Of a stretch of 64,000 nt of DNA, positions 1-13,359 are shown piece by piece. The DNA is from Lytechinus pictus. Lineage: Eukaryota. How positions within the stretch are numbered: position 1 is the first letter of the stretch; the number at the start of each line of letters is the position of its first letter. Where the stretch lies: contig NC_087245.1 in assembly GCF_037042905.1 (NCBI RefSeq), positions 2,480,001 to 2,544,000 on the forward strand, in the 5' to 3' direction. Made by a program: the position numbers and the translations under genes. The notes beneath the pieces are model-generated. The model ran no database searches. It was not told the origin of the DNA and saw nothing but the letters and a program-made list of their open reading frames with translations.

Positions 1-1045
1 ATTAGACGAATCAGAAATAAACCGATATGACGTCACTCACGTGCACGTCGACTATGATTTAGGAGAATGAGAATGGCAGAATGAAGGTGGCAAGGTTCTC
101 AATTCTGATATTCAGCAAGGGTGAGGACGTGTTGCATGCGCAAAGCCATTGAATAATGTCATCTCGTACCAGCTGGTGAGATTCTAAAACTGCCTATTGT
201 GATTTTACAGAAACTGGCTGTTCAATTTTGATATTTTCAATGCACATATTTTGTAAGGGATAGGGATTTAACACCGTTTGTCTTATAATGCTATGTCCTA
301 AGAGTGACCTGAGTATAGTGTGCCATGTTACTGTGTATTGTGTGGTCTGACTGCTAGACTGGAACTAATCAGTATGCTTCCTCTCAAGGCTAGGATTCTA
401 CTTTATTGATTCAGTATTAAGTACTTAAATCCCTTCTTTTGTTTTCTGATAGATATGTTCAGTCAATTGAAATTGAGAAAAACAGTGCCTCATCAATAAA
501 CGTTGATTTCCTAGCATAGAAGAATGGGGGGGGGGGGGGGGGGGCATTCAAATCGCAATTGAAAAACACATATATTGTAACATTTACTTTCAGTACTATT
601 AAAATGACTTTAAAAGATACTAAGCTTGGCCTGGAAGAAAAATAACTGCATACTGCCATCTTGTGGTAACATGTTGTACAATGCAATATCATCATTGTCA
701 AAGACCATCCAGTATCATAGAGGCGGTCAACAAAGAGGAAAAGCTTCACTTTGCCTGTGTTTTTGTGTGGGGGGGGGGGAGGGGGAGCTGGTTGTTATAT
801 AGGTCCATTCTGACATGTCAGAGTAGCAGGTCCATGGTTTGACAAGCTCTGGAGACAAACAAATGTGTCAAATGATACAGTATATATATGTATTCTGTTA
901 ATGTCTTTAAACCTTTTCTAGCTGAAAGATTGTCTAAGTGCTCATCTAGACTTTAAATGAAAAAAAATTGAAGTGATAAGGACTAAAACATGGATGAAAA
1001 TCTTTTAAAGAGAATGAAATATTAAACTGATCGCTGATCTCGAGA

Positions 1046-1465
1046 CCCGGGGGGAGGCACTTCCTTAAAAAGGATTTTCCATATTCTGAAAATGCACCCC
1101 TTAACAAGTATTGGTGTGTGACACAAAATGTTACCCTTGACAAGTATTCCCTGAATTGACCCCCTAAACAAGTACAGCGATATTTTAATTGTTAAGTCAC
1201 GGATGTCAGCTCTACTTTTACTTACATTGGGTTTAGTATCGCTCCACCTCCCACACCTCACTCAAACACGTAGTGTTGGGGCAAAAAGTAGCCTACATCC
1301 TTTATAAAGCATTTCAGTCTTTTTTATACGCTCATAATTCGTAACGAAATATATACCCTTTTGTCAGTATTTTTTTTTACTACGTTCAATCTTGAAAAGG
1401 AGATCCTTTTTACGAATTTTTACGCCTGGTATCGACTCATCAATGGAAGGCCCCCCCCCCTCCAG
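1046..1465 (-). mobile_element. Degraded MITE with CCCGGGGG...CCCCC termini (same family as 5101-5704, opposite orientation)
   Basis: Shares reverse-complement blocks with 5101-5704, e.g. ttccatattctgaaaatgcaccccttaacaagtattgg and acattgggtttagta; poly-G/poly-C ends. Confidence 0.8.
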
Positions 1466-1885
1466 CCTCAAACGCAGTGAAGAATACGGATTAACTCTTG
1501 AGATCCCAAGAAAACAAGTGTTTAATCATGGTTTAATTGAGGTTTGCAATCACCTCAAAAGAGAAACAAGGTGATAGAGTATACTGTCATTGACCTATCT
1601 CTTTTGTGTCATGTTAAAGGGCAAACCTTAAATCCAAGAATTGTGAAATGTGTGGATTGGAGACTTATAGAAATTAAATAAAAAGTGAAAGTTGTCCCAT
1701 ACGTAGTAGTTCCATACTTTCAGCTGTTGATTTACATTCTAATTACTGCCATTGTAAAGATCCTATCAGAACTAAAACTGGAGTAGATTTTATATACACT
1801 ATTATGTTGTCTGTGGCAAAAAGAAGCTGCTGAAAACTGCTTATCTAAAAAAAGAGAGCCAATGGAGTAAATTAGAAAGTCAAAA

Positions 1886-1928
1886 GGGACCTAAGCTTTC
1901 GATCCTAGCAGAATCTTCGTCGGAGTCT
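1886..1928 (-). ncRNA. Degenerate minimal type-I hammerhead ribozyme motif (Penelope-like element remnant)
   Basis: Minus strand reads GACU-CCGACGA-A-GAUUCU-GCU-AGGAUC-GAAA-GCUU-AGGUC: core CUGANGA with one U>C change, stem II, GAAA, palindromic AAGCUU. Confidence 0.5.
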
Positions 1929-2100
1929 ATCAGACTCAGACAATTGCTTTCTCAACAGTGTAAAAGACAATCTTTGAAAATCTAATATTGTTGACCAAAA
2001 ACACATTGACCTTTAGTGATGATGGAAATGTTATGTTTGCTTGGCCTTTTGCTCTGTTTTAGATGTATTACATGTAGGTCTCATGTAATAATATATTTTT

Positions 2101-3377
2101 GTCTCACTCACCAGAGGTGAAGGGGAGACTAAGGGATCCAAATGTCGTCCGTTGTCTGTCTGTCTGTCAGAAACATGACATATAACTTTGCAACCATAAG
2201 TCACTTTTCAATCAGACTTGGAATGAAGATGTATTTAGGGGACCTGCGTGTTCCGGTGCAGTCAGCGGTCATGTGGTAAGGTCAAAGGTCATTGTGAGGT
2301 CAATGTTTAAGTTTAGGTGAAAGACTAGAGACCTTTCGTTTTCTGTGACAAGCCATGTGGACGTATGAGATTATGGAATTTTGGGAGCTCTGCGCATGCG
2401 CGAAGTAATCTGTGATGAGTCCTCTCCTTCTCTGCCCGTATCTGTGACTCGTATTTGAGGGTTTTGAGGTTCGGTGTCATAGTGCTTGAACGAGCTCTAG
2501 GTCGTACATGATGACGTCAACCAAACTGAGGAAAAATGAATGAAGCCGCATCAACATTTGACTTTCAGTGATTCAGCAGGGCTGGTAAACGGCAAGTTAC
2601 CAGCTTGTCTATTACATTTCGTGTGTCATGTTTTCAGCTTTTACATCACTTGAAATATCACTTCAAATTGTTGTCTACACTGTGGGATTCATATTGGTGT
2701 ATGTTCTCACATACGTAAACACGTTTTTAAGCATTCAAAGAGCAAGAGTGCAAATGCTGCACCCTCATGTCGACCCACCGGTTCGTGGCTTGATGCTACG
2801 CCTGATTCTCCGGCCGAGCATCGGCTCACGGCCCGCTGGCAGTCACGCTGGTCTATGCTGTGGCCTGGTACGGGTACGTCGACTGAAATCGAAACTGTTT
2901 TCATCAATGTACGAACGTGATACTGAACGAGCGGTGTCACCACTTCCGGTCAACTAGTGCTACGTTGCAGTCGCAGAGAATCGAAAGCTCGGAACTCTCT
3001 TATGACACATAACTCTGCAACCCTCTCTCACTTTTCCACCAAACTTCAAGTACTCTGTTCTCTTATTTTTTTCTGTAAATAATAAGCTCATTATGACACT
3101 ACATCTTTTACTATACCACAAACACATTTTAATAATCTTAACGCATAAAATATCATTGCAATAATGTCATTCATATCAAAGTGGAGGTGGTACAGAGGAA
3201 GGTGAAAGGGAATAGCATTTCATGATCTAGCCCTTTTCAAATTTTATTTTGTTTTACATTCTATACTACATATTTCATAATGAGGTTTCGATACAATTCT
3301 GCTGCGGGACAAAGGAGATTACAATATTTATTCTTATTTTCACAAGAGAGCGAGACACATTATTGCTAATACCTTGT
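2101..3377 (+). mobile_element. Diverged Helentron-associated (DINE-1/HINE-like) element, interrupted by another MITE
   Basis: T-run then gtctc...gagac 5' hairpin (2101-2129), (GTCT)n at 2154-2168, aggtcaaaggtca unit at 2279, unit sequence resumes at ~3001, gagcgagac near 3350; 3' limit approximate. Confidence 0.55.
2328..2990. mobile_element. CpG-rich MITE nested in the HINE-like element
   Basis: Imperfect TIRs gagacctttcgttttctgtgac / gtcgcagagaatcgaaagctc; abrupt CpG-rich interior. Confidence 0.55.
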
Positions 3378-4317
3378 AAGTCAGTGTCGTTTCTATTTCC
3401 TTTAAGATGATTATAATCCACAGCAGTTGTATGGCATCACCTTTATTAAAACATTTGAAGATGCGGATATTCAAAGAATGCCCACTATAATGGGGTATTC
3501 AAAACTTAAAAAAAAATGATATTTCTGATTCATGCAGGTAGGGTATAAAATTTGGATGAAATTACTTGGATTAAATTCCAATAAATGAACCATGTGATTA
3601 TGAGGAGCTATTCAACCTTTGTACAGATTAAAGCCAGCTCACTTTTAATCACTACACGTCTGTTTGGTTAATAGTAAGGAATAGGAGTGAATCATCCAGG
3701 TTCACTCATTCATTAAGTCAGCTCCCAATATTTGCCTTTCAATTTCTAAGAACACATGTCTACATACATGTTTGTTCTAGGAGTTGGCATTGGTGAAAAG
3801 GAATGCAGAAGAAAATGCATGCCTTTGAATGAGTAAGGATTCTTCCTTTGACTGATCTATGATAATTTTCATCATGTCAAATGTGTTGAGAATTTTACAA
3901 GCGAAAGTCAACTTTCAAAATTTCATACTTCTTTTAATTTTAAAAATACAAAGAGTACATGCTAACGCATAGTTCCTTTATACATGTAATATTGTAAATT
4001 ATGGATTAAAATGACGGGCAGGCCTTCACTGTGACATTAAACAAATTGTACTCCTTTTTTTAATCAGGCATGATATTCTCTTGACTAAATTCGGAATTCT
4101 GATTTTTTTAAATAATTTTTTTCAGAATTTTTTACTTAATTTTTTTTTAAATGTGAAATCCTTTGCCCAAGAACAATCTCATGCTGTTTTTTACTGCATC
4201 TTTTGTCAACTGATAAAGCTACTATGCAGACTCGCCTTGAAAAATCACTTTCAATTTCTTCACTATGTAAGAGCTTGTAACCCCGACCGGGGCGTCTCGG
4301 ACCTCGGCGGGGACTTA

Positions 4318-4653
4318 CAGACCTGCCAACCAGTACGTTTTAGCCGTATTTAGTACGTTTTTGCAACCAAAATACGGCAGTACGTTTTTTCTTTGAAAAA
4401 TAAAATTTTTGTAAAAAATAAAAAATAAAAAATAATTTTTTTATTTTTGTTTTTACTAAATCGTAATTTATTGAGAAAAATAATCTCTATATGTCTGTAT
4501 TTCATAAAACGTCACAAATATGGTTATTAGATCAATGTAATTTCAGGTAACTTGTTTTTTTTTTCAATCATTTTGTTAAAACCAGGGTGAAGATATATAC
4601 ACATGTTTTAATTTTTTTTTTCCATCTGCAAGAGCAGTGCGCATTTTAGCTTG
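4318..4653 (+). mobile_element. 3'-truncated copy of the CAGACCTGCCAAC MITE family
   Basis: Near-identical to 12657 onward; ends after gcattttagcttg and lacks the right TIR. Confidence 0.9.
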
Positions 4654-5100
4654 AGCTCAATTTAATATAAGGTGCTAAATGTCAATTTTCCATGAAATTA
4701 TAGAGCAGTACTGCACCTTTGATTATTTATGCAAAACATAATTTTGTGACCAACATTGACAATGATAATATGTTTTCAACCTTGTTTTTCTCAAAAGATA
4801 GTGGTAAAAAAAATTTGCAGAAAAAACCAACAGGCTCTTTTTATTATACTCACCTTCCCTGTCAATTTTTTTAATTTTATTTGCCCCTCCATTGAAACAA
4901 AGTTCTACAGTTTTAGATACCATTGACTAATTTTCAATATTTATGTGTGATTTGTAATTTTTGTGATCATTTAGGTTGAAAAATTATTTTACATGCAAAA
5001 TTGTTCACTCTGGCTCTGAGTTTGATGAGGGAGGCTGGTGAAGCATGAGCAGCGATGCGCAATTGGGAACCAAACGATCGGCTCTATTCTGTCACGCTGA

Positions 5101-5704
5101 CCCGGGGGGGGGGGGGCACTTACATTGACGAGTGGATACCATGCGTGACCCCAAAATCATGTAAAAGGATGTCTTTTTCAAGATAGGGCATGTTACGTAC
5201 GTAACGTAATAAGGGTGTCAAAAACACTAAAATAATGAAAAAAGGGTATCTATTTTTGCTAGGAAGCTACTTGTTTAGGGTCAAATTTGCGATGGTATAA
5301 AAAATTAAAACTAGATTGTTGTATAAAGGATGTACATTTTGCCCCAAGTGTCAACACTACGTGTTTAGAGTACAATTTGCGCGAGGTGTGGGAGGTGGTG
5401 CTGTACTAAACCCAATGATGTAGGTAAAGGTAAAACTGACAACCGACGTCTGGGCCGACGTCCGTGACAAAACAATTAAAATATTGCTGTATACTTGTTT
5501 AGGGGTTCAATTCAGGGAATACTTGCTGAGAGTATCGTTTTGTTTCCAATACTTGTTAAGGGTAGGGTTACATCACTCGCCAATACTTGTTAAGGGGTGC
5601 ATTTTCAGAATATGGAAAATATGTGTTAAGGGTGCTATTCGAGACCCCATGGTCGCGCATAGTATCCACTCCTCAACGGAAGTGGAACTCCCCCCCCCCC
5701 CAGG
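5101..5704 (+). mobile_element. Non-autonomous DNA transposon (MITE) with poly-G/C ends and ~35-bp TIRs
   Basis: Left cacttacattgacgagtggataccatgcgtgacc vs right ggtcgcgcatagtatccactcctcaacggaagtg; internal repeated aatacttgttaaggg motifs; second copy at 1046. Confidence 0.85.
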
Positions 5705-6406
5705 CACGGTGGCAAGCCCTGTTACCAGCCACATGTGATCGCGCTAACTGAAAATGCGGCAGGGTCCTTAATATTTTGTGAGTACCGATAAACTTTTAAA
5801 AAACTTTTCCCCCTCCCTTCTGTAATTTTGCTGGTGAAATATGGGAAAATTTTATAAAATATCTTTAAACACTTGCTTGACTCTAATCTCTATTTTTTGT
5901 GTGTGGAAACAATAAGGAGCTCTTTCTTTATATAAGGCACCTGACTATGGCTTGAGAAGTGCGGTAGGAGTGCATGTGCAATCGTGCTCCTAAAAAATGA
6001 AGCCCTGTAAATGATTGAAACGTACTAATGAACTTTTGTAAGATCATACTTTCGGTTGATCAAATCTGGTACCCAAGTTATGAGATGGGCACAGTGCTAA
6101 ATTCAAGAATCTGTTTGATGTCCTATTTCTAACACAAGCCATTCATGAGCTTAAACTTCTATTGCAATAACCATGTATGTTAATGAATTTGAAACTGGTA
6201 CTAGGTCCTGAAAATCTCTGCATGGAACTTCAAAGTCAATTGGAATGTTTAAATACCACTTATTAGCTCTAAAACCCCATCGTGTTTTTGCAGAAATTAA
6301 AGAGTAATGGCTCCTTCCTACTTGTAACAATTCCCTGGTGTATGATAGTGATCTATTAATGCATCTATAACATCTTGGCTTCAATCGTGATCGCCTTGTA
6401 GTTGAA

Positions 6407-6740
6407 GTCTCGTGGTGTAGCAGTTCTGACTCTTGTCTTGTAATAAGAGGGTCGTGTGTTCAAATCCCACCATGGCATAACGTCCTTTGGCAAAGCATCA
6501 ATCCACACTTTGCCACTCTCCACCCAGGTGTTGAATGGGTACCGGTAGGATATGAAAGCTTATGTAGTATGCCTAGCAATTGAGTCTTGAACTCTCGTTG
6601 GAATGCTTCTCAGGGAGTGTAGACAGTATGTTGGTATGCCAGGATCAGATGACCAGGGTGAGAATAAATTTGTAAAGCGATTATAGACGTCGTTCTGATG
6701 TATTAAGCGCTATATAAAAACGGATTTATTTTGTTATTAA
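6407..6740 (+). mobile_element. tRNA-derived SINE (SINE2) with L2-like 3' tail
   Basis: A-box-like TGGTGTAGCAG 6413, B-box GTTCAAATCC 6458, core cactctccacccaggtg..aatgggtacc, tail aagcgctatataaaaac...ttatt. Confidence 0.85.
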
Positions 6741-7479
6741 TTTCCTTTCAACACTTTCATTGAATGTCATGGGCCATCACGTATCACTTTAAAAATACCA
6801 GGAAACACTTCTGTTGAAAAAATATTCAACTTTGTTCTGCCACTCATAGGCCTATTTATCAACTGCACAATAACAAGACTCCCATTCCTGGCTCATCCCA
6901 TACATGCACATAATATTTGCCTTCCATCTCTACTGTCCACTCGTCTGGCCTGATATCATTTTCTCATTGTCCTCTCCCCGAATCATCCTCTGTCATACAG
7001 ACTATACGTACAAAGAAAAGATTTTCAAGGCTGGCAAAATATCAGAGTGTGGAAGAATGTCTATTTGAGAAATGTAAAACCCTGTCCTGCCCAGTGAGAT
7101 CTTTTATGATGTTAGTAATGTGATTGCCTTGTAGATGGTTTATCTATATTGTCAGTCATTTAAGCCATGAAATTGCATTAATTCTCTACTTCATCTCTTG
7201 TGTGTGAACATTAACTCTTTTAGATCAGCATTAATGACACATTTGTGTTGTAGAAAATGAAGTTGTTCTCTTTTGTCTGGGCTCTTATGATGTTTCAACC
7301 ATTACATCTTGATTTACTTGACTCCTTTCCCACTGATAGGCTGTTAAACCAGTCCCTAGTGTAATGCTGTCAATCAAATGAACGGTTGTAGCGATATGTT
7401 TGCTGATGAGCTATGTCAACCCAAGTGATAAACAGAGTTGGATTTATCCTACAAGTGGCTGGTTAAGCAAGACTAGTCG

Positions 7480-7550
7480 ATTGACGTCACTAACATTATA
7501 CATTCTGTGACGTAAATGTGAGCAATTAGGAGTGGAGAATTTCCCCTGGT
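7480..7550. promoter_or_regulatory. Compact CRE / CRE-like / kB-like motif cluster (candidate enhancer)
   Basis: TGACGTCA 7482-7489, TGACGTAA 7508-7515, GGAGAATTTCCCC 7534-7546 within 70 bp of non-repetitive DNA. Confidence 0.3.
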
Positions 7551-10012
7551 GTCGTGCTCTTGTATCCGAGTTTGCTGCCAAATACTGAAGGATATCCAAC
7601 CTTAAAGCTATAAATCAAGCAATTCTAAATTATTCTTTCTGATTAAAGAAATACCCAAGATCTTGAGAAGAGGATAAGACATTTTTGTGTGTCATTGCAT
7701 ATATATTGTCAGCTCTATTCTGAGAAAGGCTGTGTAGCAAGTCTTGCCACAAAAACACAATAGGTGTGTAGTAGGATGCTTTCTTACTATTTGTTTGCCA
7801 GAAGTGCTTTTCAGACTTGCTTCTTTTGTCATTGCTTCCCTATTCATGAATAGTCTTGAAGTCCTATACATGTACATGTACAATGCTTTCTTTGTACAAG
7901 TATCTCTCCTCACTTCAGTTTCATTTTTTATCTCCCCCTCTCTCTCTCTCTCTCTCTCTGCCTCTACCCCCCTCCCCATCCTTCATACCCCACTTGAGTT
8001 AATGCTGTTCATATTGGTGTTTTAGTGAGATGCCTATGCAGATCATTATGGATTCCTTTAACAATCCCCAAAACACAGTAATGATTACAAAATCTAAGCA
8101 AAGCTTGTATGTTTTTTTTCAATTCTTCCATATAGGCATACATGAGAGGTTTGAATATGGTGTCTATCGCTGGCCTGTTGAATAGTGTGTAAACCGTTTG
8201 ATGTAGGACGACTTGAGTCTCTTCAGATGAAGGAAACAGCTCTGTCTCCTAGAGACTAGCAAGATTATTTGGGAATGTTAACTTCATTTTTTTCCACTTT
8301 CCACTGCTGGTCTCTGATTGCTCCATCATTCACAGAGATGAATACTCTCCGAACTAGCTCAAGATTTGACTGGCCACAAGAGCGTTTTAGCCCTCCAATA
8401 TCTACCAATGCTAGTCTTTCACATGTCCAAGATCTAAAGATTTGTTAATGTCTAAATTATTTGGGCCAGCCGAAGTTTTATACTCTTTCCCATCAGAGTT
8501 CAATGCTTTCACATCTAACTTTTGGTTGGCCAAAAGGCTACACTGTAGATGGGATCAAAGAGGTGCAAGTTTGCAATGCTTTTCACAGAAACATTTTTGA
8601 GATGTTGCCACCAACTACTGAAATTTCTTGGAGACATTACCACAAGAGAAACCACTTAAAGAGAGTGGCAACTTTAGATTGGATTGTTTGTCACTTGGAA
8701 ATATTATGGAAAGGTTTGTTGGCTTTGGGAAAACACGTGATTTTTTGTTCTACAATTCGCAGTGACTGATGAGCCAGCAATGCATCTTATCTACTATAAG
8801 AATTGCAACTTTAGTTGGTAGACTATAGGGAGACTTAGAAAAATCAACAGATTGTAATGAAGGCCTGCCCTGCACACAATAACACAGACAACTAAAATTT
8901 ATTTTTAATGTAGACCTACACCCTGAGGCTGAAAAAGGTGTATGATCATCATGACTCTTCCCAATTTATCATAGGTACCAGATGGCAAAACAATTGTTTA
9001 CTGCGTTTTAAACAAATGGCCGTATTGTTTTGATTAGTTTATATGCATATTTCACATGGAATCAAGTTGTACATGTATGTACAATTCAAATATATGAATA
9101 TAAATGTTTACAGTAATGTAATTAAAGCACGGAAAATGAAACATTAAAATGATTTTGCTTGGATTCATATTAGCAATTGCAATTGTAATATCGGGGGGGG
9201 GGGGGGGGAGCTTAATATAATATCCCTGATATAACTATTTCACGATTACTCCATCAACAATATAAAAGAGAACATGGAAATAGAGACAATAAATCATAAG
9301 ATTACCTTGGATCTCCTTTTATTACGCAAAGCGCCCTCTTGCGCTAACAAAAATTGCACATGTACATGACACCATGCATTATGAACTTGCCCCATTTTGT
9401 TACCTCGCCTAAATCTAATAGCACAACTTTCGGTATACAAATGGTCATAACTTAAAAATGATTACTCTATCGATACAGAAGTACTTGTATACTTTTACTG
9501 AAAGGAAATCTAAGGATTACAAAAAATGGCTTTAATAAATGGGGTAGGGTAAAATGCTTGATTCTTATAACTGAATATGTTTGACTTTCGAGGACCCCCA
9601 TTGTATTTTGTTTTGAACATCCATTTTTTTCTGTATGCCTGTACCATAATTTTACTATCATATTTCTATTGCTCGTGAAATTCCCAATATAACCCAAAGG
9701 GATTTAATAATTTCATTAAGGGCATTTTGATAAGATTGTTTAAATTTTGGACATGAAATTCTGATAATTTCATCTTATTTTGTTTTTAGTTTGCATCAAA
9801 TCATTATCAATTAATGAATTTATGTGTATTGAGGTGTATTATTAAACCTTTTATGTAATGAACCTTAAAAAGAGAACATCACATGTAATATGTACCTCTC
9901 ACAAATTACACCCCACTTGTTTTTCTAGCCACATATCAAAAGTGTACTGGAGGCAGGGGGTCATCGGCATTTGTAACTTAACAAAGGCTTAGTTTTTGAA
10001 ATGGCATCATTA

Positions 10013-10915
10013 GGCGGTGCTGCACCATCCCGAGTTTGCTCAATCTCGAGATTTTAGCCCGATCGGCCCACTTCGCGATTAATCTCGAGATTCAAGAAAC
10101 CCCGTCTGCACCATCGCAAGACAGCGATTCCTGCTCGAGCGAGGCAACAAACCCGATATTCCGAGCATGCGCACTTTCGGATCTTGGAGTTTCAACGGCC
10201 CGCGCTTTTTAATAACTTCCCGCGATATGCAAGCAATGTACTCTTTTCACTAGCACTTTCGCCGAATTCGACCGGTGTTATGCAACAATCCTCTCAGCTC
10301 AGCGAGTGAAGAAGTGATGTATTCTTCGTTAAATATGATGGCGGAGTAGGAGGCAACGACAGAGAGAGAGAGAGAGGGAGAGAAGGAGGAAAGAAATGCT
10401 ATTTGCTCACATTTTGCGAAGGAATAAGACGACACTGCTGTCAGTGTTGTTATTTAATATGACCATCGTCGATGAGCGCCTCCCCCTTCGGTCTGGTCTC
10501 TCCCAAAATCCATTCACTGGTGGGACACCATCGTTGCTGATTAGGCAATTGATGAATGCTATTCGCGATAAATCTATTCGCATGTATAAAGTTGACTTTC
10601 GCACGTGTTTATGTTTTGACCAAGGCGGAAGTGGAACGCGAATTGCATTATGGACTGACGTCATGAATAAATTACCCCGAGTCCAATCTCGAGTGCGTCT
10701 GCACCTACAAATTAGCGGGATAATTCGTAAAATAGCGCGCTATTTTGCAAATAAACCCGAGTTGACTTGGGATTGCAATCTCGAGATTAATCCTACGAAC
10801 TAGCGCGATAATTGCGTCTCCACTGCAAACTATCTCGAGATTTTTCAGATCGGGATAATTTGCCGGATCAGAAATAGCGCGCTAATTTGAAAACTCGGGA
10901 TGATGCAGACGGCCC
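10013..10915. mobile_element. PIF/Harbinger-like MITE (~900 bp) nested in a HINE-unit fragment
   Basis: TIRs ggcggtgctgcaccatcccgagttt / aaactcgggatgatgcagacggccc; subterminal atctcgagat palindromes; flanks 9985-10012 and 10916-11035 rejoin into one HINE tandem unit. Confidence 0.85.
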
Positions 10916-12656
10916 TATTTTGAAAGTACATGGGTCGACTTTATGAAACTTCGGGTAATCAAGTATCACTGATCACCTTACATATGTTTTCAGTCACATG
11001 ATCAAGGTCAAAGGTTATTAAGGGGCCAATGAAATGAGTTGCAGCAATTAATGTCTAATGTATTAAGGCACTTGTCAGTCCAAATTGTTTAGTCCTTGGA
11101 GGAAAAAAATGAATAAACATTATTTCATGTAGTAAAATACAAAAGAACAAGTGGATATATGACATCAATTTCCTAATTGAATATTAGAACTGTTTCATAG
11201 AAATATTGAAAATCTTTAAAATTGACATCAATTTCCTCATTGAATATTAATTTTAAAAAGCGCATAGAACTGTTTAATCAAAATAATGCAAATCTTTTGA
11301 AATGACATAACTTTGTTATTCCTTGTCCGATTTTGATCATCAAATTGTCAGTGTTTTGTTTGTGTGTTTTTTCTTTATCTCTTCATGTCATATATACGTT
11401 TCAGCCTGGAGTATTCATTTATTATAGGTGTTTCCAGAACCACTACGAGGTGTTTCCTTGAATCGCTTTAATAGGGTAGTTCATTAAACTTTAGTGATTA
11501 ATTTTACCAGAGGCCTCAGAGCCTGGGAGAAATTTTGTTGGTAAATAAAGAATGTTGATCAATCTTTAGTATTAAAGAACACATGCATTGCCCTAACTTG
11601 ACAGATCGGGGGCCTGTTGGAAGAGAGTTGCAATCATACATGAGCGGCACTGTAGAAATAAGAAATGAAACATGGAAATACAGTCTATATGAAAGCTAGT
11701 TCTTTTCTTCCTCAGGTTGTATTCATGATTGCACAGATTCAGTGGTTATACCTGTATACCTGACCTGATGAAAGGGTACAAGGCTCAAAGAAAGAAGTCA
11801 TAAATAGAGAGGTTTAAGCAAAATGGAATACTGTGGACAATAGATAGTATTTGAGTCATTATAGAGATCACAAATGTCTTCATCCATTAATTGACACAAA
11901 TGCTAAGTTATGAGCGCTGCCTTGCATGTATACCAGGTCAGTATCGTATCAGTTCTGAGCTTCATGTAGATAAAGAAGAGAGTTTTATAACTTTTTCCTT
12001 TAGTCACTTCTTTGAAATCGATAGATAACAGCTTTATATCTAGCATGTGACGCAAGTACTCTCCGCCACAGAGGTAACAAGAGGAGGATGTTTATCCTCA
12101 CATTTTTTTTCCTTCCACTTTGCATTGTTTGAAGGTGGATGCGTATCATAGCTATATCGGACTACCGAGTCTAATTTATGCACTGGCAGGTACAATGTCT
12201 GTATTGGTTGCTAGGAGACCATTTCCTCTCCAAATGGAAAACTTTTCCTGGTTGGAAAGTTTTTCTTTTTATCGATGTACTTGTGAATTCAGTTTGAAAT
12301 GGGTCATTAGATTGCTGGGGTCATTAAAGCGACATGTCCTACCTGTTCTCGCTTGCTTGTGTATGGATAAATGGTAGTTTGATTTTTAATAAGAAGCTTG
12401 TTTAACCCATTTGTCATAGGACCTTGGCCATCCTGTGTTCATTCAAGTTATTGTTCAGTAGTGAGAGAGTTGGTGCCTTGTACATATATGCTTTGTCAGC
12501 TGGAATAAACATGGCTGGGCCTACATAATTTTACAATCAAGGTGACATTTATTCATGCACATTTCATATAAGAAAACAGGATTAAAATAAAGTACCGGCA
12601 AAACATACTTTATGTCACCACCAAGCAATTTCCAGTCGATCCAACTTTGCCTTATG

Positions 12657-13087
12657 CAGACCTGCCAACCAGTACGTTTTAGCCGTATTTAGTACGTTTT
12701 TGCAACCAAAATACGGCAGTACGTTTTTTCTTTAAAAAATACGTTTTTTTTTTTTTTATACAAAATCGTAATTTATTGAGAAAAATCATCTCTATATGTC
12801 TCTATTTCATAAAACATACACAAATATGGTTATTAGATCAATGTAATTTCAGGTAACTTGTTTTTTTTTCCAATCATTTTGTTAAAACCAGGGTGAGATA
12901 TACACAAGTTTCAATGGGTTTTTTTTTCATCTGCAAGAGCAGTGCGCATTTTAGCTTGCATGCAGCTTGAGCGCCGTGATGGGCGAGTGCGCCAAGCATT
13001 TTATTATGAAATACACTTTTTTGGGGGAAAATACATTTTTTTGTATCACAGAATACAGTTTTTCATTCCCAGAGGTTGGCAGGTCTG
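12657..13087 (+). mobile_element. Complete 431-bp MITE with 14-bp TIRs and 6-bp TSD (hAT-like)
   Basis: cagacctgccaacc ... ggttggcaggtctg; TSD CTTATG at 12651-12656 and 13088-13093. Confidence 0.95.
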
Positions 13088-13359
13088 CTTATGATATCTT
13101 ACAGCTTGGTTTCCTTGAGTTATTTTCCAGTTTCATTTTTCTAAGCTTTACAATGATGTAAGAATTATTTTTGTTTGACAAACTTAGCGTTCACGTTTAA
13201 GCTTTAAATAAACATACTTCAGACCACAAGCCAATGGCATAAGCTGTCATTATATTGGCTGGGCGTGTATACGGCTTAGCCTGACTTGTGCAAGGGGTCC
13301 AAACAGCGTTAAACACTTTAATAATGTTTTTTGTCTTTTTGTTTTGTTTGTTTGTTTTT

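Noticed and set aside
6407-6480. tRNA gene
   Set aside because: tRNA-like head continues into SINE core and tail; cloverleaf degenerate; other decayed copies present.
10396-10803. 135-aa ORF as a transposase
   Set aside because: Inside a MITE, overlaps its subterminal repeats, no DDE or Myb-like motif visible.
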